Notes under the pieces: generated by a model
Told to the model about the DNA's origin: nothing
The model's input: the letters and a program-made list of their open reading frames with translations, nothing else
The model's database searches: none
Part shown: positions 9,825-19,975 of the stretch, piece by piece
How the letters are laid out: each line of letters opens with the position of its first letter
Numbering within the stretch: position 1 is the first letter of the stretch
Position numbers and translations under genes: made by a program
Assembly (NCBI GenBank): GCA_041674225.1
Contig: JBAYWG010000001.1
Location: 326,273-390,272 of the forward strand
Length of the DNA: 64,000 nucleotides
Direction: 5' to 3'
DNA from: Minisyncoccota bacterium
GTDB lineage: Bacteria; Patescibacteriota; Minisyncoccia; Phycocordibacterales; JAACPR01

Positions 9825-10886
9825 TTGGCCAAAGGAGCAAATTACTATACAATATTATTCATGTTAACAATTTATTTACTTATAGTAGCGGCCGCATTAA
9901 TAGGACTGACGATTACAATCAATATTTACAAAAAGAAGCACAAGAAAAAAGTTCTTGTCTGCCCTTTTGGAGCCGATTGTGACTCTGTGATCACCAGCGA
10001 TTTCTCTAGCTTCCTTGGAATTGGTTTGGAAATTTACGGAATGCTTTATTACGGATTAATAGCATTATCATATTCTTCCCTTATTTTATTTCCGAACCTC
10101 CAATCCGAGATGACAACTTTCATTTTGGCGGGAGCTTCTATAGGAGCGTTTCTTTTCTCTCTTTACCTTACTTTTGTTCAAGCTTTCTTGATTAAAACTT
10201 GGTGTTCATGGTGTCTAATGTCTGCCGGAGTTTCAACTTCTATTTTCATATTTGCCATGATTGGGATTTCTATCGACGGATTTTCTTTTGTACCAATACT
10301 TACAGAATACAAATCTTACGTTACACTTCTACATTTGTTTGGATTCGCATTAGGAGTTGGAGGAGCCACAATCAGTGATGTTTTGTTCATGAGATTTTTA
10401 AAAGATTTCAAAATTACAGTCGAAGAAAAAAGCATTTTGCAATTGATGTCACAAATTGTTTGGATTGGATTATTGATAATAGTAGTTTCTGGAATTGGAT
10501 TATTTTTACCAGAATCAGAAAGGCTTTTGGACAGTGCTAAATTCCTAACAAAAATGGTGGTGATAGCTGTGGTAATTCTAAATGGTGCAGTACTAAATCT
10601 TTTGATCACACCAAAACTTCTTACAATCGCTTGGAAAGAAAACGGAATTGATGTTAAACACACTTCACGAATGAGCAATATTGCTTTTGCTTCTGGCGCA
10701 GTATCTTTCATCTCTTGGTACACAGCTTTCTTCTTAGGATTCGCAAATAATGTTCCTTATAGTTTTGTTCAATTAATTTCGGTTTACGTAGGAGCACTAT
10801 TAATCGGAATTATTGGAAGCCAACTGTTTAAAAAAGTTTTACAATGCAAAAACAGTGGTAAAGATAACTCGACTATTGTTCATTAA
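9825..10886 (+). CDS. Vitamin K epoxide reductase (VKOR) family protein fused to a C-terminal multi-TM domain
   Basis: CPFGADCDSV and TWCSWCLMSA Cys pairs in a 4-TM N-terminal VKOR-like core; further TM helices C-terminal. Confidence 0.65.
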   Translation: MAKGANYYTILFMLTIYLLIVAAALIGLTITINIYKKKHKKKVLVCPFGADCDSVITSDFSSFLGIGLEIYGMLYYGLIALSYSSLILFPNLQSEMTTFILAGASIGAFLFSLYLTFVQAFLIKTWCSWCLMSAGVSTSIFIFAMIGISIDGFSFVPILTEYKSYVTLLHLFGFALGVGGATISDVLFMRFLKDFKITVEEKSILQLMSQIVWIGLLIIVVSGIGLFLPESERLLDSAKFLTKMVVIAVVILNGAVLNLLITPKLLTIAWKENGIDVKHTSRMSNIAFASGAVSFISWYTAFFLGFANNVPYSFVQLISVYVGALLIGIIGSQLFKKVLQCKNSGKDNSTIVH

Positions 10887-10903
10887 TTGGAGATAATAAA
10901 TGC

Positions 10904-11374
10904 ATGGCATCAAAAGTTATTGAGTGGCAAGCTCTCGAACATCATCACCATCACGAAAAAACTCCGGATTGGTTTTGGATTGTAGGAACCATCGCAGTAG
11001 CGGGAGCTATTTTGGCTGCTTATTTTGGAAATGTTTTATTTGCAATAATTATTGTGATTGCCGCAATGACAGCTTTTCTACAAGCGCACACAACTCCTAA
11101 AATACTAACTTACAGAATCACCAGAAAAGGTGTGCAAGCAGGCTCATCTGTTTTCCCCTACTCTTCTCTAGAATCTTTTTGGGTAATTGACGAAGAAATC
11201 AACGACCGAATTATCTTGAAATCACAAAAGTTTTTAATGCCGTACATCATAATTCCTTATGATAGTACAAAAATAAATCCTGATCACATTCGAGATTATC
11301 TTTTGGAATATATAAATGAAGAAGAAATGGAGGAACCTGTTTCTCAACAAATAATGGAGCGTCTTGGGTTTTAG
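10904..11374 (+). CDS. Hypothetical membrane protein (natural HHHHH run near N-terminus)
   Basis: ORF, 2 TM helices. Confidence 0.4.
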   Translation: MASKVIEWQALEHHHHHEKTPDWFWIVGTIAVAGAILAAYFGNVLFAIIIVIAAMTAFLQAHTTPKILTYRITRKGVQAGSSVFPYSSLESFWVIDEEINDRIILKSQKFLMPYIIIPYDSTKINPDHIRDYLLEYINEEEMEEPVSQQIMERLGF

Positions 11375-12036
11375 TCTTCTACTTTTCCATCTACCACTCG
11401 AATAATTCTATCTGCCTTTTTTCCATACTCTTCTTCGTGAGTCACCATCACCACAGTGTGTTTAAACTTTTTGCATGTTTCTTCTAAGATTTTTATAACA
11501 GCTTTTGAAGATTCTAAATCCAGGTTTGCTGTCGGCTCATCTGCGAAAATAATCTTTGGACTATGCACTACAGCTCTAGCAATAGAAACTCTTTGTTGCT
11601 CTCCTCCCGAAAGTTGGTTTGGAAGATTATTTATTTGTTTTTCTAATCCAAGAGTTTTCAAAACTTCGTGAGCTTTTTTAATCGAATAATTAAAATCATA
11701 TCCTTGCATCAAAAGCGGCAGGATAACATTTTCTGTTGCAGTTAATTCTGGAATCAAAGCATAATCTTGGAAAACAAATCCCATGTTTTTTAGACGAAAT
11801 TGTGTCTTTTGATTTTGGTCAAAGTCAGAAACTGTTTTTCCATCAATAATAATTTCTCCAGATGTCGGAGTGTCTAAAAGAGAAATCTGATAAAGCAAAG
11901 TAGATTTACCGGCACCCGATCGTCCCATGATTGCGACAAACTCCCCTTCTTTTATTTCCAGATCAACACCCTTCAAAACTTTCGTTTCGACTTCTCCTTG
12001 GATGAATGATTTTTTTATATTTTTTACTTTTATCAT
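11371..12036 (-). CDS. ABC transporter ATP-binding protein (MacB/LolD-type)
   Basis: GRSGAGKSTLL Walker A, LSGGEQQRVSIARA signature, IFADEPT Walker B. Confidence 0.9.
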   Translation of the reverse strand: MIKVKNIKKSFIQGEVETKVLKGVDLEIKEGEFVAIMGRSGAGKSTLLYQISLLDTPTSGEIIIDGKTVSDFDQNQKTQFRLKNMGFVFQDYALIPELTATENVILPLLMQGYDFNYSIKKAHEVLKTLGLEKQINNLPNQLSGGEQQRVSIARAVVHSPKIIFADEPTANLDLESSKAVIKILEETCKKFKHTVVMVTHEEEYGKKADRIIRVVDGKVED

Positions 12037-12040
12037 ATTT

Positions 12041-13303
12041 TTATCGTCTACCCAGAATTGAATCCAGTGTATTTTTCTTTACAACAATTCTAGCTGGAAT
12101 AAATCCGGCAATAACAGTTGTTAATACTAGAAGTGTAATTCTAAACATTGTACTTCCAAAGGGCGCCACAAGAATTCCGTCTGAAAATGGGAAGTTAATT
12201 GGATTCGCTGCAAAGTACGGAACTAAAATCACATAAAGCAAAGTCAGACCAATCACAGAACCCACAATCGCATAAAACAAAGATTGAAAAATGTAAGAAA
12301 TCTCAATTGCTTTTGCATTCACTCCTATGGCTTTCATGATTCCAATATATTTTTGACGAGTGATTGCGTTGATGAAAATTACAATGAAGATTGTGATAGC
12401 AGCCACAGCAAGACCAATTGAACTAATCATCGCACCCAGCAAAGCAAAAGTTTTTTTAATATCTTGCAAGAATTTTGGTTGAGCATCTATGTATGTCTGC
12501 ACTTTTGCAAGCTGATCAACATCGTTTGCGAGCAAAGCGGCTTTTGTCGCATCGGCATATTTTTCATCTACCAAACTTATCGCAATTTCATCAACACTGT
12601 ATTCAGAACCTCCAATCATTGAACGCAGTTGAGTGTCTACCATAAATACTCGGCGATCTATTTCATCTACCTTACTTTTTGTAATCCCTTTCACTTCTAC
12701 TTCACGCACCACGTCGCCGATTGTTAACCTGATTTTTGAACCAATTTCCACGTCTTTCAAAGCTGGAAATGCTTCACTATCAATCTGCAAATATTTTGCC
12801 AAAAGCATTGAACCCAAAACAACCTTATCGAAATCGTCTGCATTTAAATATTCTCCCTCCACCACAAGACTAGCAATTCCAGAAACTGCGTCTTCTTTTT
12901 GAGGGTTGATTCCTACAATTTGAGTAGAAACTAATTCCGGTAAATCATTTTCGTTTGTTTGAGTTTGATAATTTGATTCGATTGTTCCCCCTGCCACATA
13001 TCGCGCACTAATAGCTTCGACATTCGGAAGGCTCTCTGCGATTCGAATCACTCTAGAACTGTCTTCTATATATTTATTTTCACGAAGATTAGAAACTATC
13101 ACATCACTTGTGTATCTTTCTCTCACTGCATATTGAGCACCTTCAATCAAACCAACTAAAATTCCACTAACTACCACCAAGTTTAAAAAAGTCAGCGTCA
13201 TTACGGCAATAATCAAAACTGTAGACCAAAGAGTTGATCTTCTTATTTGTCTTACTGCCAGAAAAAATCCAATTTGAATTGGTAACATTTTATTTTTATT
13301 CAA
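12041..13303 (-). CDS. ABC transporter permease, FtsX/MacB-like
   Basis: N-terminal TM, large periplasmic domain, C-terminal 3-TM FtsX-like region; operon with the upstream ATPase and adaptor. Confidence 0.75.
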   Translation of the reverse strand: MNKNKMLPIQIGFFLAVRQIRRSTLWSTVLIIAVMTLTFLNLVVVSGILVGLIEGAQYAVRERYTSDVIVSNLRENKYIEDSSRVIRIAESLPNVEAISARYVAGGTIESNYQTQTNENDLPELVSTQIVGINPQKEDAVSGIASLVVEGEYLNADDFDKVVLGSMLLAKYLQIDSEAFPALKDVEIGSKIRLTIGDVVREVEVKGITKSKVDEIDRRVFMVDTQLRSMIGGSEYSVDEIAISLVDEKYADATKAALLANDVDQLAKVQTYIDAQPKFLQDIKKTFALLGAMISSIGLAVAAITIFIVIFINAITRQKYIGIMKAIGVNAKAIEISYIFQSLFYAIVGSVIGLTLLYVILVPYFAANPINFPFSDGILVAPFGSTMFRITLLVLTTVIAGFIPARIVVKKNTLDSILGRR

Positions 13304-14774
13304 CAGAACTCACCACCACTTTTTCACCCACACTTAATCCCGACAAAACTTCTACAAAACCTTTTGAATCAGTTCGACCAATTATAATTTCTTTTTCTAC
13401 AATCTTTCCGTTTTCATCCATCACCTTCACCATCGCTTTTATTTGATTCACATCATCCACCACTTCGTCTGTTATTTTTGTTGCCGATCTAGGAATCAAC
13501 AAAACATTTTCAACAACTAAAGTGTCAATTTCAATTCCTGCAGTCATACCAGTTTTGATATCAGGAGAATCCACAGTTAGAGCAAGGGTTGTTTTGTATG
13601 TCACTATTCCGTTTCTTACCACACCTCTGTCTTCAACATAAACAACAGACGCACCAATCACAAAGTCGTCTCCAAGTGCTTCAATTTTTACTCTTCCAGG
13701 ATCCCCTACTTGCAAATCTTTCATATAAATTTCTGGCACAAACACTTCCACTTCAACAGAAGAATTATTTATCAGCACCAGCACCGCTTGGTTTGCAGAC
13801 ACATTTTCACCAGCTGAAGCAGACACATCTACCACCACACCATCAAAAGGAGCCACAATTGCGTAATTATTTATTTGAGCTTGAAACTTATCAATACTTG
13901 CAGAAGCCGCAATGATTCTGGCTTCTTGCACTGGAATTTCTGCATCTACACTTCTCAGATTTTCTTGAGCGGTTGAAAGCTCGTTAATCATAGTGTCGAT
14001 AGCAGAACGTGCAGATGTTACGATTCCTCGATATTCAGAAAGTGTCGCAGACGAAACATTATTATTTGTTTCTGCTTCTGATAGAGATTTTGAAAGAACT
14101 GTAAAGAAAGAACTTATTTCACCTAAATTTTTTAAAGATCTTTCCAAATCAGAACGAGAAATGTTTGTTTGGCTTTTTGAACTTAAATCAGATGACCAGT
14201 TGTCTAGAATTTTTCCAACATCAACTCTTTGTTGAATGATAGATTGTTGTTCAAAATAATCTTTGCTAGAAAATTTCAATTTAGGACGACCTGATTGTGG
14301 GTCTATAAAAAGAGAATCTGTATTTGTTTTGATTTGAGTAATAGAAACATTTAGAGCTTTTTGAGCAGAGTTGTATGCATCTTTTTTTGCTGATTCCAAT
14401 TTTCCATCCAAAGAACCCGATCCAACGATTGAAGTCAGTTCACTTTCTGAAACGTTTCTCTCAGCCACAGCCTGTCTCAAGCTCGCATCAACCTCAGAAG
14501 AATCCAGTGTCGCCAACACTTGCCCACGAGAAACTCTCTGCCCTTCTTGTACAGAAAGAGAACTAATTCGCCCTGGGCTAGAGAAACCTAGAGTCACTTC
14601 GTCGGCTGGAACAATTTTTCCAGTCACGTCTATTGTGCGAGTCAGTGTGTCGACTTTTGCTTCTGCTGTGACATCATCAGTGTTGTTGTTGATTGCAATG
14701 ACAATTACCACAAGCAAAACTAATGCTACGGCGCTTATAATTCCTATTAATTTCCAGTTGTATCGTGTTTTCAT
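13296..14774 (-). CDS. HlyD-family periplasmic adaptor (membrane fusion protein), MacA-like
   Basis: N-terminal TM anchor, long coiled-coil region, lipoyl/beta-barrel segments; 4-nt overlap with the permease gene. Confidence 0.7.
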   Translation of the reverse strand: MKTRYNWKLIGIISAVALVLLVVIVIAINNNTDDVTAEAKVDTLTRTIDVTGKIVPADEVTLGFSSPGRISSLSVQEGQRVSRGQVLATLDSSEVDASLRQAVAERNVSESELTSIVGSGSLDGKLESAKKDAYNSAQKALNVSITQIKTNTDSLFIDPQSGRPKLKFSSKDYFEQQSIIQQRVDVGKILDNWSSDLSSKSQTNISRSDLERSLKNLGEISSFFTVLSKSLSEAETNNNVSSATLSEYRGIVTSARSAIDTMINELSTAQENLRSVDAEIPVQEARIIAASASIDKFQAQINNYAIVAPFDGVVVDVSASAGENVSANQAVLVLINNSSVEVEVFVPEIYMKDLQVGDPGRVKIEALGDDFVIGASVVYVEDRGVVRNGIVTYKTTLALTVDSPDIKTGMTAGIEIDTLVVENVLLIPRSATKITDEVVDDVNQIKAMVKVMDENGKIVEKEIIIGRTDSKGFVEVLSGLSVGEKVVVSSVE

Positions 14775-14891
14775 GAACGAGATTTTAACACTTTCAACCT
14801 TATTTGTCTTTATTTTTGGAGTCCTTGATAAAAAGTTTCAAAAAAGTATTATGTTGGAGTTGTCTGACAAAATTCTTTGTTGCCAGACACT

Positions 14892-14963
14892 GCTCCTGTA
14901 GTTTAATGGATAAAATTGGAGTTTGCGGAACTCTAGCTCCAGGTTCGACTCCTGGCAGGGGCA
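14892..14963 (+). tRNA. tRNA-Arg (anticodon GCG by manual fold)
   Basis: GCTCCTGTAGTTTAATGGATAAAATTGGAGTTTGCGGAACTCTAGCTCCAGGTTCGACTCCTGGCAGGGGCA: clean cloverleaf, anticodon loop TTGCGGA, T-loop TTCGACT, C35 present. The isoacceptor call needs tRNAscan confirmation. Confidence 0.7.
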
Positions 14964-14973
14964 CATAAAAAAC

Positions 14974-15000
14974 AAAAAACCGGTTTTCACCGGTTTTTTG
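14974..15000. terminator. Bidirectional rho-independent terminator
   Basis: AAAAACCGG-ttttca-CCGGTTTTTT between the tRNA (+) and rpsT (-). Confidence 0.65.
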
Positions 15001-15002
15001 TT

Positions 15003-15272
15003 TTATTTAGTTTGAGCTTTCTTGATAGCTGCAACCAATCGAGATTTTTGCCGATTAGCATTACCTTTTTTGATTGTTCCCATCTTTGCGGCCTTGTCTA
15101 GAGCTTTATAAGCAGCACTTAGATTTGCTTGTGCTGATTTTGTATCTCCTGCAACAACCATCTTTTTAACAGCCTTAACAGCAGAAACAGAGTTTCGCTT
15201 TCGGCGTAGATTATAAACACGCTTCTTCTCAGAAGCTCGTACAACTTTTTTAGCACCTTTAGTGATAGGCAT
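15003..15272 (-). CDS. rpsT: 30S ribosomal protein S20
   Basis: MPITKGAKKVVRASEKKRVYNLRRK... is typical S20. Confidence 0.9.
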   Translation of the reverse strand: MPITKGAKKVVRASEKKRVYNLRRKRNSVSAVKAVKKMVVAGDTKSAQANLSAAYKALDKAAKMGTIKKGNANRQKSRLVAAIKKAQTK

Positions 15273-15338
15273 AACGAGAACACTTTAACAAAAAGGGCTA
15301 AAAATGCAAGATGTCGAAAGATTAGGTATCATTAATGC

Positions 15339-15902
15339 ATGATTAGAAAATTGAGCGGTGAAATTGATGAGATCTCGGAAAGTGAAATTATATTAAATGT
15401 TTCGGGTGTTGGTTATGGTGTGAGAGTGGCAAATCACATGCTTTCGAACATTCGAACAGGTATGAAAATAACTATTTACACTCATCATGCGCTCCGCGAA
15501 AACGCTTCTGATTTATATGGTTTTTTGGAAAAAGATGATTTAGATTTTTTTGAATTGCTTTTGGGAATTTCTGGGATTGGCCCGAAGTCTGCGCTTGGAA
15601 TAATAAACACGGCACCTGTTGCAACAATTATAGAAGGAATTCAAAGTGGCAACGCAGATCATTTGGTAAAAATTTCTGGAATTGGAAAAAAGAATGCGGA
15701 AAAAATTCTTGTAGCTTTGAAAGATAAAGTGGGGGCAGGCGCGGGCGGCGGAACGCAAACTTTAAACGGAGCCACCGACGCCATCGAAGCACTCACAGCT
15801 CTGGGCTACACTCTCAACGACGCCCGCGCCACCGTCCAAAAACTAGACAACTCCCTATCAACAGAAGAACTTGTAAAACTTGCTTTAAAAAATTTATCTT
15901 AA
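15339..15902 (+). CDS. ruvA: Holliday junction DNA helicase subunit RuvA
   Basis: MIRKLSGEI...GVGYGV OB-fold N-terminus; HhH motifs (GISGIGPKSA, ISGIGKKNAEKI). Confidence 0.9.
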   Translation: MIRKLSGEIDEISESEIILNVSGVGYGVRVANHMLSNIRTGMKITIYTHHALRENASDLYGFLEKDDLDFFELLLGISGIGPKSALGIINTAPVATIIEGIQSGNADHLVKISGIGKKNAEKILVALKDKVGAGAGGGTQTLNGATDAIEALTALGYTLNDARATVQKLDNSLSTEELVKLALKNLS

Positions 15903-15905
15903 TTT

Positions 15906-17171
15906 ATGATTGAAAAAATACTACGCACAATACAAAAAATTATTCCCAAAAAACTTTATAAAGCAGGTCAACCTTTTTATCATTTTTCTCTGGCTTTCAT
16001 CTCAGCAGTTATTTGTGGCTTCCCTTCTAAAAAATTAAAGATTGTCGGAATCACAGGAACAAAAGGAAAAACAACAACATCAGAACTTGTCGCAAGTATT
16101 TTAAGGTCAGCAGGATACAAAGTTGCACTCGCAAACAGCATTCATTTTGTAATAGGAGAAAAAGACACACGAAACATGCACAAAATGTCTATGCCTGGAC
16201 GTGGCTTCATGCAAAAGTTTTTAAAAAAAGCTTTAAAAGAAAATTGTCACTGGGTAGTTTTAGAACTAACTTCCGAAGGTTCAAAACAATTTCGACATAA
16301 ATTTATAGACCTAGACGCATTTATTTTCACAAACCTTCAACCAGAACACATCGAGTCACACGGCTCATTTGAAAAATATAAAGAAGCTAAAATCGCACTT
16401 GGAGAATCTTTAATCAAAAAACCTCATTCAATTTTAGTTGTAAATGGAGACGACGTTCACTCTAAAGATTTTCTAGAAAAAGTTCCTGCATCAAAAAAAG
16501 TTTCTTATTCTCTAGAATCAATGCGACCTTTCAAAACAGACGATGGTGTAGAAATGCGTTTCCAAAACAGCACGATATATTCAAAACTCCACGGCGAATT
16601 CAATGCCAACAATATTTTGAGTGCAATCACTTTTGCCGAGTCAATAAATATAAATGAAAAAATAATTAAAGAAGGAATTGAAAATGTGCGAACTGTTTCA
16701 GGGCGAGCAGAAAAAATAATCTCAGCAGAAACTTTTGAAGTTTATGTTGATTACGCCCACACTCCGGATTCCCTTTTAGCTTTGTACTCTTCATTTCCAA
16801 ATCAAGAAAAAGTTTGCGTGCTAGGAAACACAGGAGGAGGAAGAGACACTTGGAAAAGACCAGCGATGGCAGAAATAGCTGACAAATATTGTGATGCAAT
16901 AATCCTAACCAACGAAGATCCGTACGACGAAAATCCTGATCAAATTGTAAAAGAAATGTCAGACGCAATTTTAGATAAAAGTCCGGAAATCATTATGGAC
17001 CGACGCTTCGCTATTCGAAAAGCCATGGAACTCGCTTCTAAAAAGGCCAACGCTGTAGTATTAATCACAGGAAAAGGAACCGATCCGTACATCATGGGAG
17101 CAAACGGAACAAAAGAACCTTGGTCTGACGCCGATGTCGTACGCGAAGAATTCGCAAAACTAAAAAACTAA
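15906..17171 (+). CDS. murE: UDP-N-acetylmuramoyl-tripeptide synthetase (Mur ligase, MurE-type)
   Basis: KIVGITGTKGKTTT P-loop; DYAHTPDSL motif characteristic of MurE. Confidence 0.75.
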   Translation: MIEKILRTIQKIIPKKLYKAGQPFYHFSLAFISAVICGFPSKKLKIVGITGTKGKTTTSELVASILRSAGYKVALANSIHFVIGEKDTRNMHKMSMPGRGFMQKFLKKALKENCHWVVLELTSEGSKQFRHKFIDLDAFIFTNLQPEHIESHGSFEKYKEAKIALGESLIKKPHSILVVNGDDVHSKDFLEKVPASKKVSYSLESMRPFKTDDGVEMRFQNSTIYSKLHGEFNANNILSAITFAESININEKIIKEGIENVRTVSGRAEKIISAETFEVYVDYAHTPDSLLALYSSFPNQEKVCVLGNTGGGRDTWKRPAMAEIADKYCDAIILTNEDPYDENPDQIVKEMSDAILDKSPEIIMDRRFAIRKAMELASKKANAVVLITGKGTDPYIMGANGTKEPWSDADVVREEFAKLKN

Positions 17172-18409
17172 ATTAAGTCGTGTAAAAAGTCTCTCGTATT
17201 AGAATCGAGCTTCCCTGTTGTCTCCAATCCATATTTATCTTGAAAATTTTTCAGCGCTGTTTCGGTGCATTTTCCAAAACTTCCAGTGATAGGACAATCC
17301 TCAAAATTATTCATCGGCGGATACATTTCATAAAGTCTCAAAAGAATCTGTAGAGCAAACACATCTAAATCAGTTTTCTCTTTTCCATCCAAATCTTTGT
17401 ACCAAGTGTACGGCAGCAGCGTCGTTTCAGAATTAGAAGCTACATAATTTTCATCAAAGAAATATTTCATTCCAACATAAGTTTGATATGCCAATTCTTT
17501 CAAAACCACAGGTCTCAAATTTTCATCGGTAAGTTGTGGTTCATAAATATATCCGTACTCCATTAGCAGTGCGATTGAATCCACAGAATTAAAAGCACCG
17601 ACAGCAATCAACTCAGTATCTTGAATCACACCCACCCGCTCAGCAGGATTTGTCGATGGAGAAAATATTTTCGTTAATCTTCCAAAAATATTTTCCGCCA
17701 ATTCCAAACTCGCAGAACCATTTGAATATTGCGAAGCCGGAACATAAATAGAAATTCCAGAATGTTTTCCCTCAGAAGTTTTTGGTCTTCCTGGATAATC
17801 ATTGAAATGAACGTGTAAAACAATATCGAAATCTTCTTCGTTGGCGTATCTATTTATTCCATACAAAACATTTGCAACTTCTTCTGGCGCAGAGTTATGT
17901 GCGACATATTGTTCAAGTTGAATTTCTCCAGAATCAATCAGGCTTTCTGTAATTTGTTTTTTAAATTTTCTAAATTCTTCAATCTCATTTTTCTCTTCTT
18001 CTAAATAATTTTCGATTCGATCATTGAAACCATTTTCATCAGAAGCTAGAAATACCCGGAAGTTTTTATCTTTCAATAAAAATTGATAAAGATTTTTTGC
18101 CAATTCCCTATTCAAATCAACTTCTCTCAAACCATTAAATGTAGCGCCGTGATGTACGTCATCGTGCCCTGGAACAATTAGAACCTTAATTCTGTTCGCA
18201 ACATGATTTCGTCCATTAGAAAATCTTTTATATCTATTTTTCAAATCATCCACACTTACAGCATCACTCAAAGATGCTGTCTGAGAATTATTTTCAGCTG
18301 GCACAAAATTTCCCGCAATATTAAAAGGATCTTTTTCTGCAAAATAAACCACCGTAGGAACGGCTATCAAAATAAATAAAATAAAAACAAAAAAACTATC
18401 TATGCTTCT
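17168..18409 (-). CDS. Peptidoglycan hydrolase (amidase-like) with C-terminal peptidoglycan-binding domain
   Basis: VLIVPGHDDVHHGATFNG amidase-like region; C-terminal CTETALKNFQDKYGLETTGKLD is PG_binding_1-like. Start trimmed to MRSIDSFF (the track ORF extends to 18490 and would overlap fpg). Confidence 0.5.
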   Translation of the reverse strand, partial: RSIDSFFVFILFILIAVPTVVYFAEKDPFNIAGNFVPAENNSQTASLSDAVSVDDLKNRYKRFSNGRNHVANRIKVLIVPGHDDVHHGATFNGLREVDLNRELAKNLYQFLLKDKNFRVFLASDENGFNDRIENYLEEEKNEIEEFRKFKKQITESLIDSGEIQLEQYVAHNSAPEEVANVLYGINRYANEEDFDIVLHVHFNDYPGRPKTSEGKHSGISIYVPASQYSNGSASLELAENIFGRLTKIFSPSTNPAERVGVIQDTELIAVGAFNSVDSIALLMEYGYIYEPQLTDENLRPVVLKELAYQTYVGMKYFFDENYVASNSETTLLPYTWYKDLDGKEKTDLDVFALQILLRLYEMYPPMNNFEDCPITGSFGKCTETALKNFQDKYGLETTGKLDSNTRDFLHDLI

Positions 18410-18462
18410 CATTGCTCTTATAATACCTTGCAACTCACGAAGCTTCAATTTATGCTTCTTGC

Positions 18463-19386
18463 ATGCCTGAATTACCCGAAGTTCACACAACTGCCACCGA
18501 GCTAAAAAAGCGAATAGTCGGACAAGAAATTGTCGATATTTGGAGTGGGTATGATTCTCCTTATAGATATGGAAAAGACGATATCAAAGATCCAAAGTTT
18601 TTTAAGAAATTTCGTGCAGAACTTATAGGTTCAAAGATAAAAGACACTGGCCGTGTTGGAAAAAATGTTTTGATTCATACAAACAAAGACCAGACTATTT
18701 TAGTACACATGAAAATGACAGGTCACCTGCTCCACGGAAAATATGCATACGACAAAAAGAAAAAAGAATGGTTAGCAACAGAACCAGGACCTCTTCGAGA
18801 TGATCCGTGGAATGGACACATCCGACTTGTTTTTCAATTGAAAAACGGCACGAGTGTTGTACTTTCTGATACAAGAAAATTTGCGAAGATCACATTGATA
18901 CAGACTTCGAAAATGTTTGAGCATCCTGATGTTAAAGTTTTGGGCCCAAATCCTGTCGCAGATGATTTCACATTTCAAATTTTTCAAGACAGAATTTTGC
19001 GAAGAAAGACTTGGAAGATAAAACAAGCTCTGCTTGATCAAGAATTGATTGCTGGAATTGGAAATATTTATTCTGACGAATCTTTATGGATGTCTAAAAT
19101 TCACCCGGAAACTCTTGTGCACAAACTAGATAAAACTGCGTTAAAAAATTTATATAAATCAGTTGTAGAAGTTTTGAAAAAAGGAATTGATTTTGGCGGA
19201 GACTCAATGCAGGACTACCGCACACCGTCTGGCGAAAAAGGCCGATTCCAATTAGAACACCAGGTTTATCAAAGAAAAGGAAAAGATTGTCTACGAAAAA
19301 ATTGCAAAGATAAAATCTCAAGAATTGTAGTTGCGGGTCGAGGAACTCATTACTGCCCTACTTGCCAATTTATATCTCCAAAATAA
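18463..19386 (+). CDS. mutM: Formamidopyrimidine-DNA glycosylase
   Basis: MPELPEVHTT catalytic N-terminus; C-terminal zinc finger CPTCQ. Confidence 0.9.
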   Translation: MPELPEVHTTATELKKRIVGQEIVDIWSGYDSPYRYGKDDIKDPKFFKKFRAELIGSKIKDTGRVGKNVLIHTNKDQTILVHMKMTGHLLHGKYAYDKKKKEWLATEPGPLRDDPWNGHIRLVFQLKNGTSVVLSDTRKFAKITLIQTSKMFEHPDVKVLGPNPVADDFTFQIFQDRILRRKTWKIKQALLDQELIAGIGNIYSDESLWMSKIHPETLVHKLDKTALKNLYKSVVEVLKKGIDFGGDSMQDYRTPSGEKGRFQLEHQVYQRKGKDCLRKNCKDKISRIVVAGRGTHYCPTCQFISPK

Positions 19387-19464
19387 AAATCTTTATAAGA
19401 TTAATTTGTTGACATAAATTATTTAATATGATTTTATTTCATAAAATCAACCGAAAGGAGATCC

Positions 19465-19911
19465 TTGAGTATACACATTTGCCAACTAGTCGACAGATCA
19501 TTTCCTACTAATTTAAATATGGATCAACTAATTGAGTTCATCAACCGATCCGAAACAAAGAGTGCTCTCAAAGAATTTGAAAAAGTTAAAGACCGTGTTA
19601 ATCAAGCAAAATGTAAAACCATATGGGAAGAAATTCTCAAATCTGATGAGTGTTATGCGGAAATTTTAGTATTACCAAAAGAACACAGAGATACAGGATC
19701 TTGCATACAGACCAATATGCAAAATTCTCTCTCTGAATTTACTATTGTGGAGCGTGAGTTTAGGAAAGCTCTTATCCATGCTCCGCGAATTCTGGTAATG
19801 GCCCTTGAAAGTATTAATAAAAATTACTTCCAAGCATATTCAGAATTGCGCTCTTGGGCCAATGAAGGTGTACACATCCTTCAAAAGGTTTCCGAGCTAA
19901 AGCCCAACTGA
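19465..19911 (+). CDS. Hypothetical protein
   Basis: ORF only. Confidence 0.35.
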   Translation: MSIHICQLVDRSFPTNLNMDQLIEFINRSETKSALKEFEKVKDRVNQAKCKTIWEEILKSDECYAEILVLPKEHRDTGSCIQTNMQNSLSEFTIVEREFRKALIHAPRILVMALESINKNYFQAYSELRSWANEGVHILQKVSELKPN

Positions 19912-19935
19912 TAACAGTTTCAATACTCGAAACTA

Positions 19936-19975
19936 CGACCTTATAGAGAAAAGTCTCTATAAGGTCGTTTTATTT
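19936..19975. terminator. Rho-independent terminator
   Basis: CGACCTTATAGAG-aaaagt-CTCTATAAGGTCG plus T-run, between convergent genes. Confidence 0.65.

Noticed and set aside
17168-18490. Full-length 440-aa reading of the amidase-like ORF
   Set aside because: The first 27 codons would overlap the divergent fpg start by 28 nt. The internal Met (MRSIDSFF, 18409) immediately precedes the TM helix and is the more likely start.
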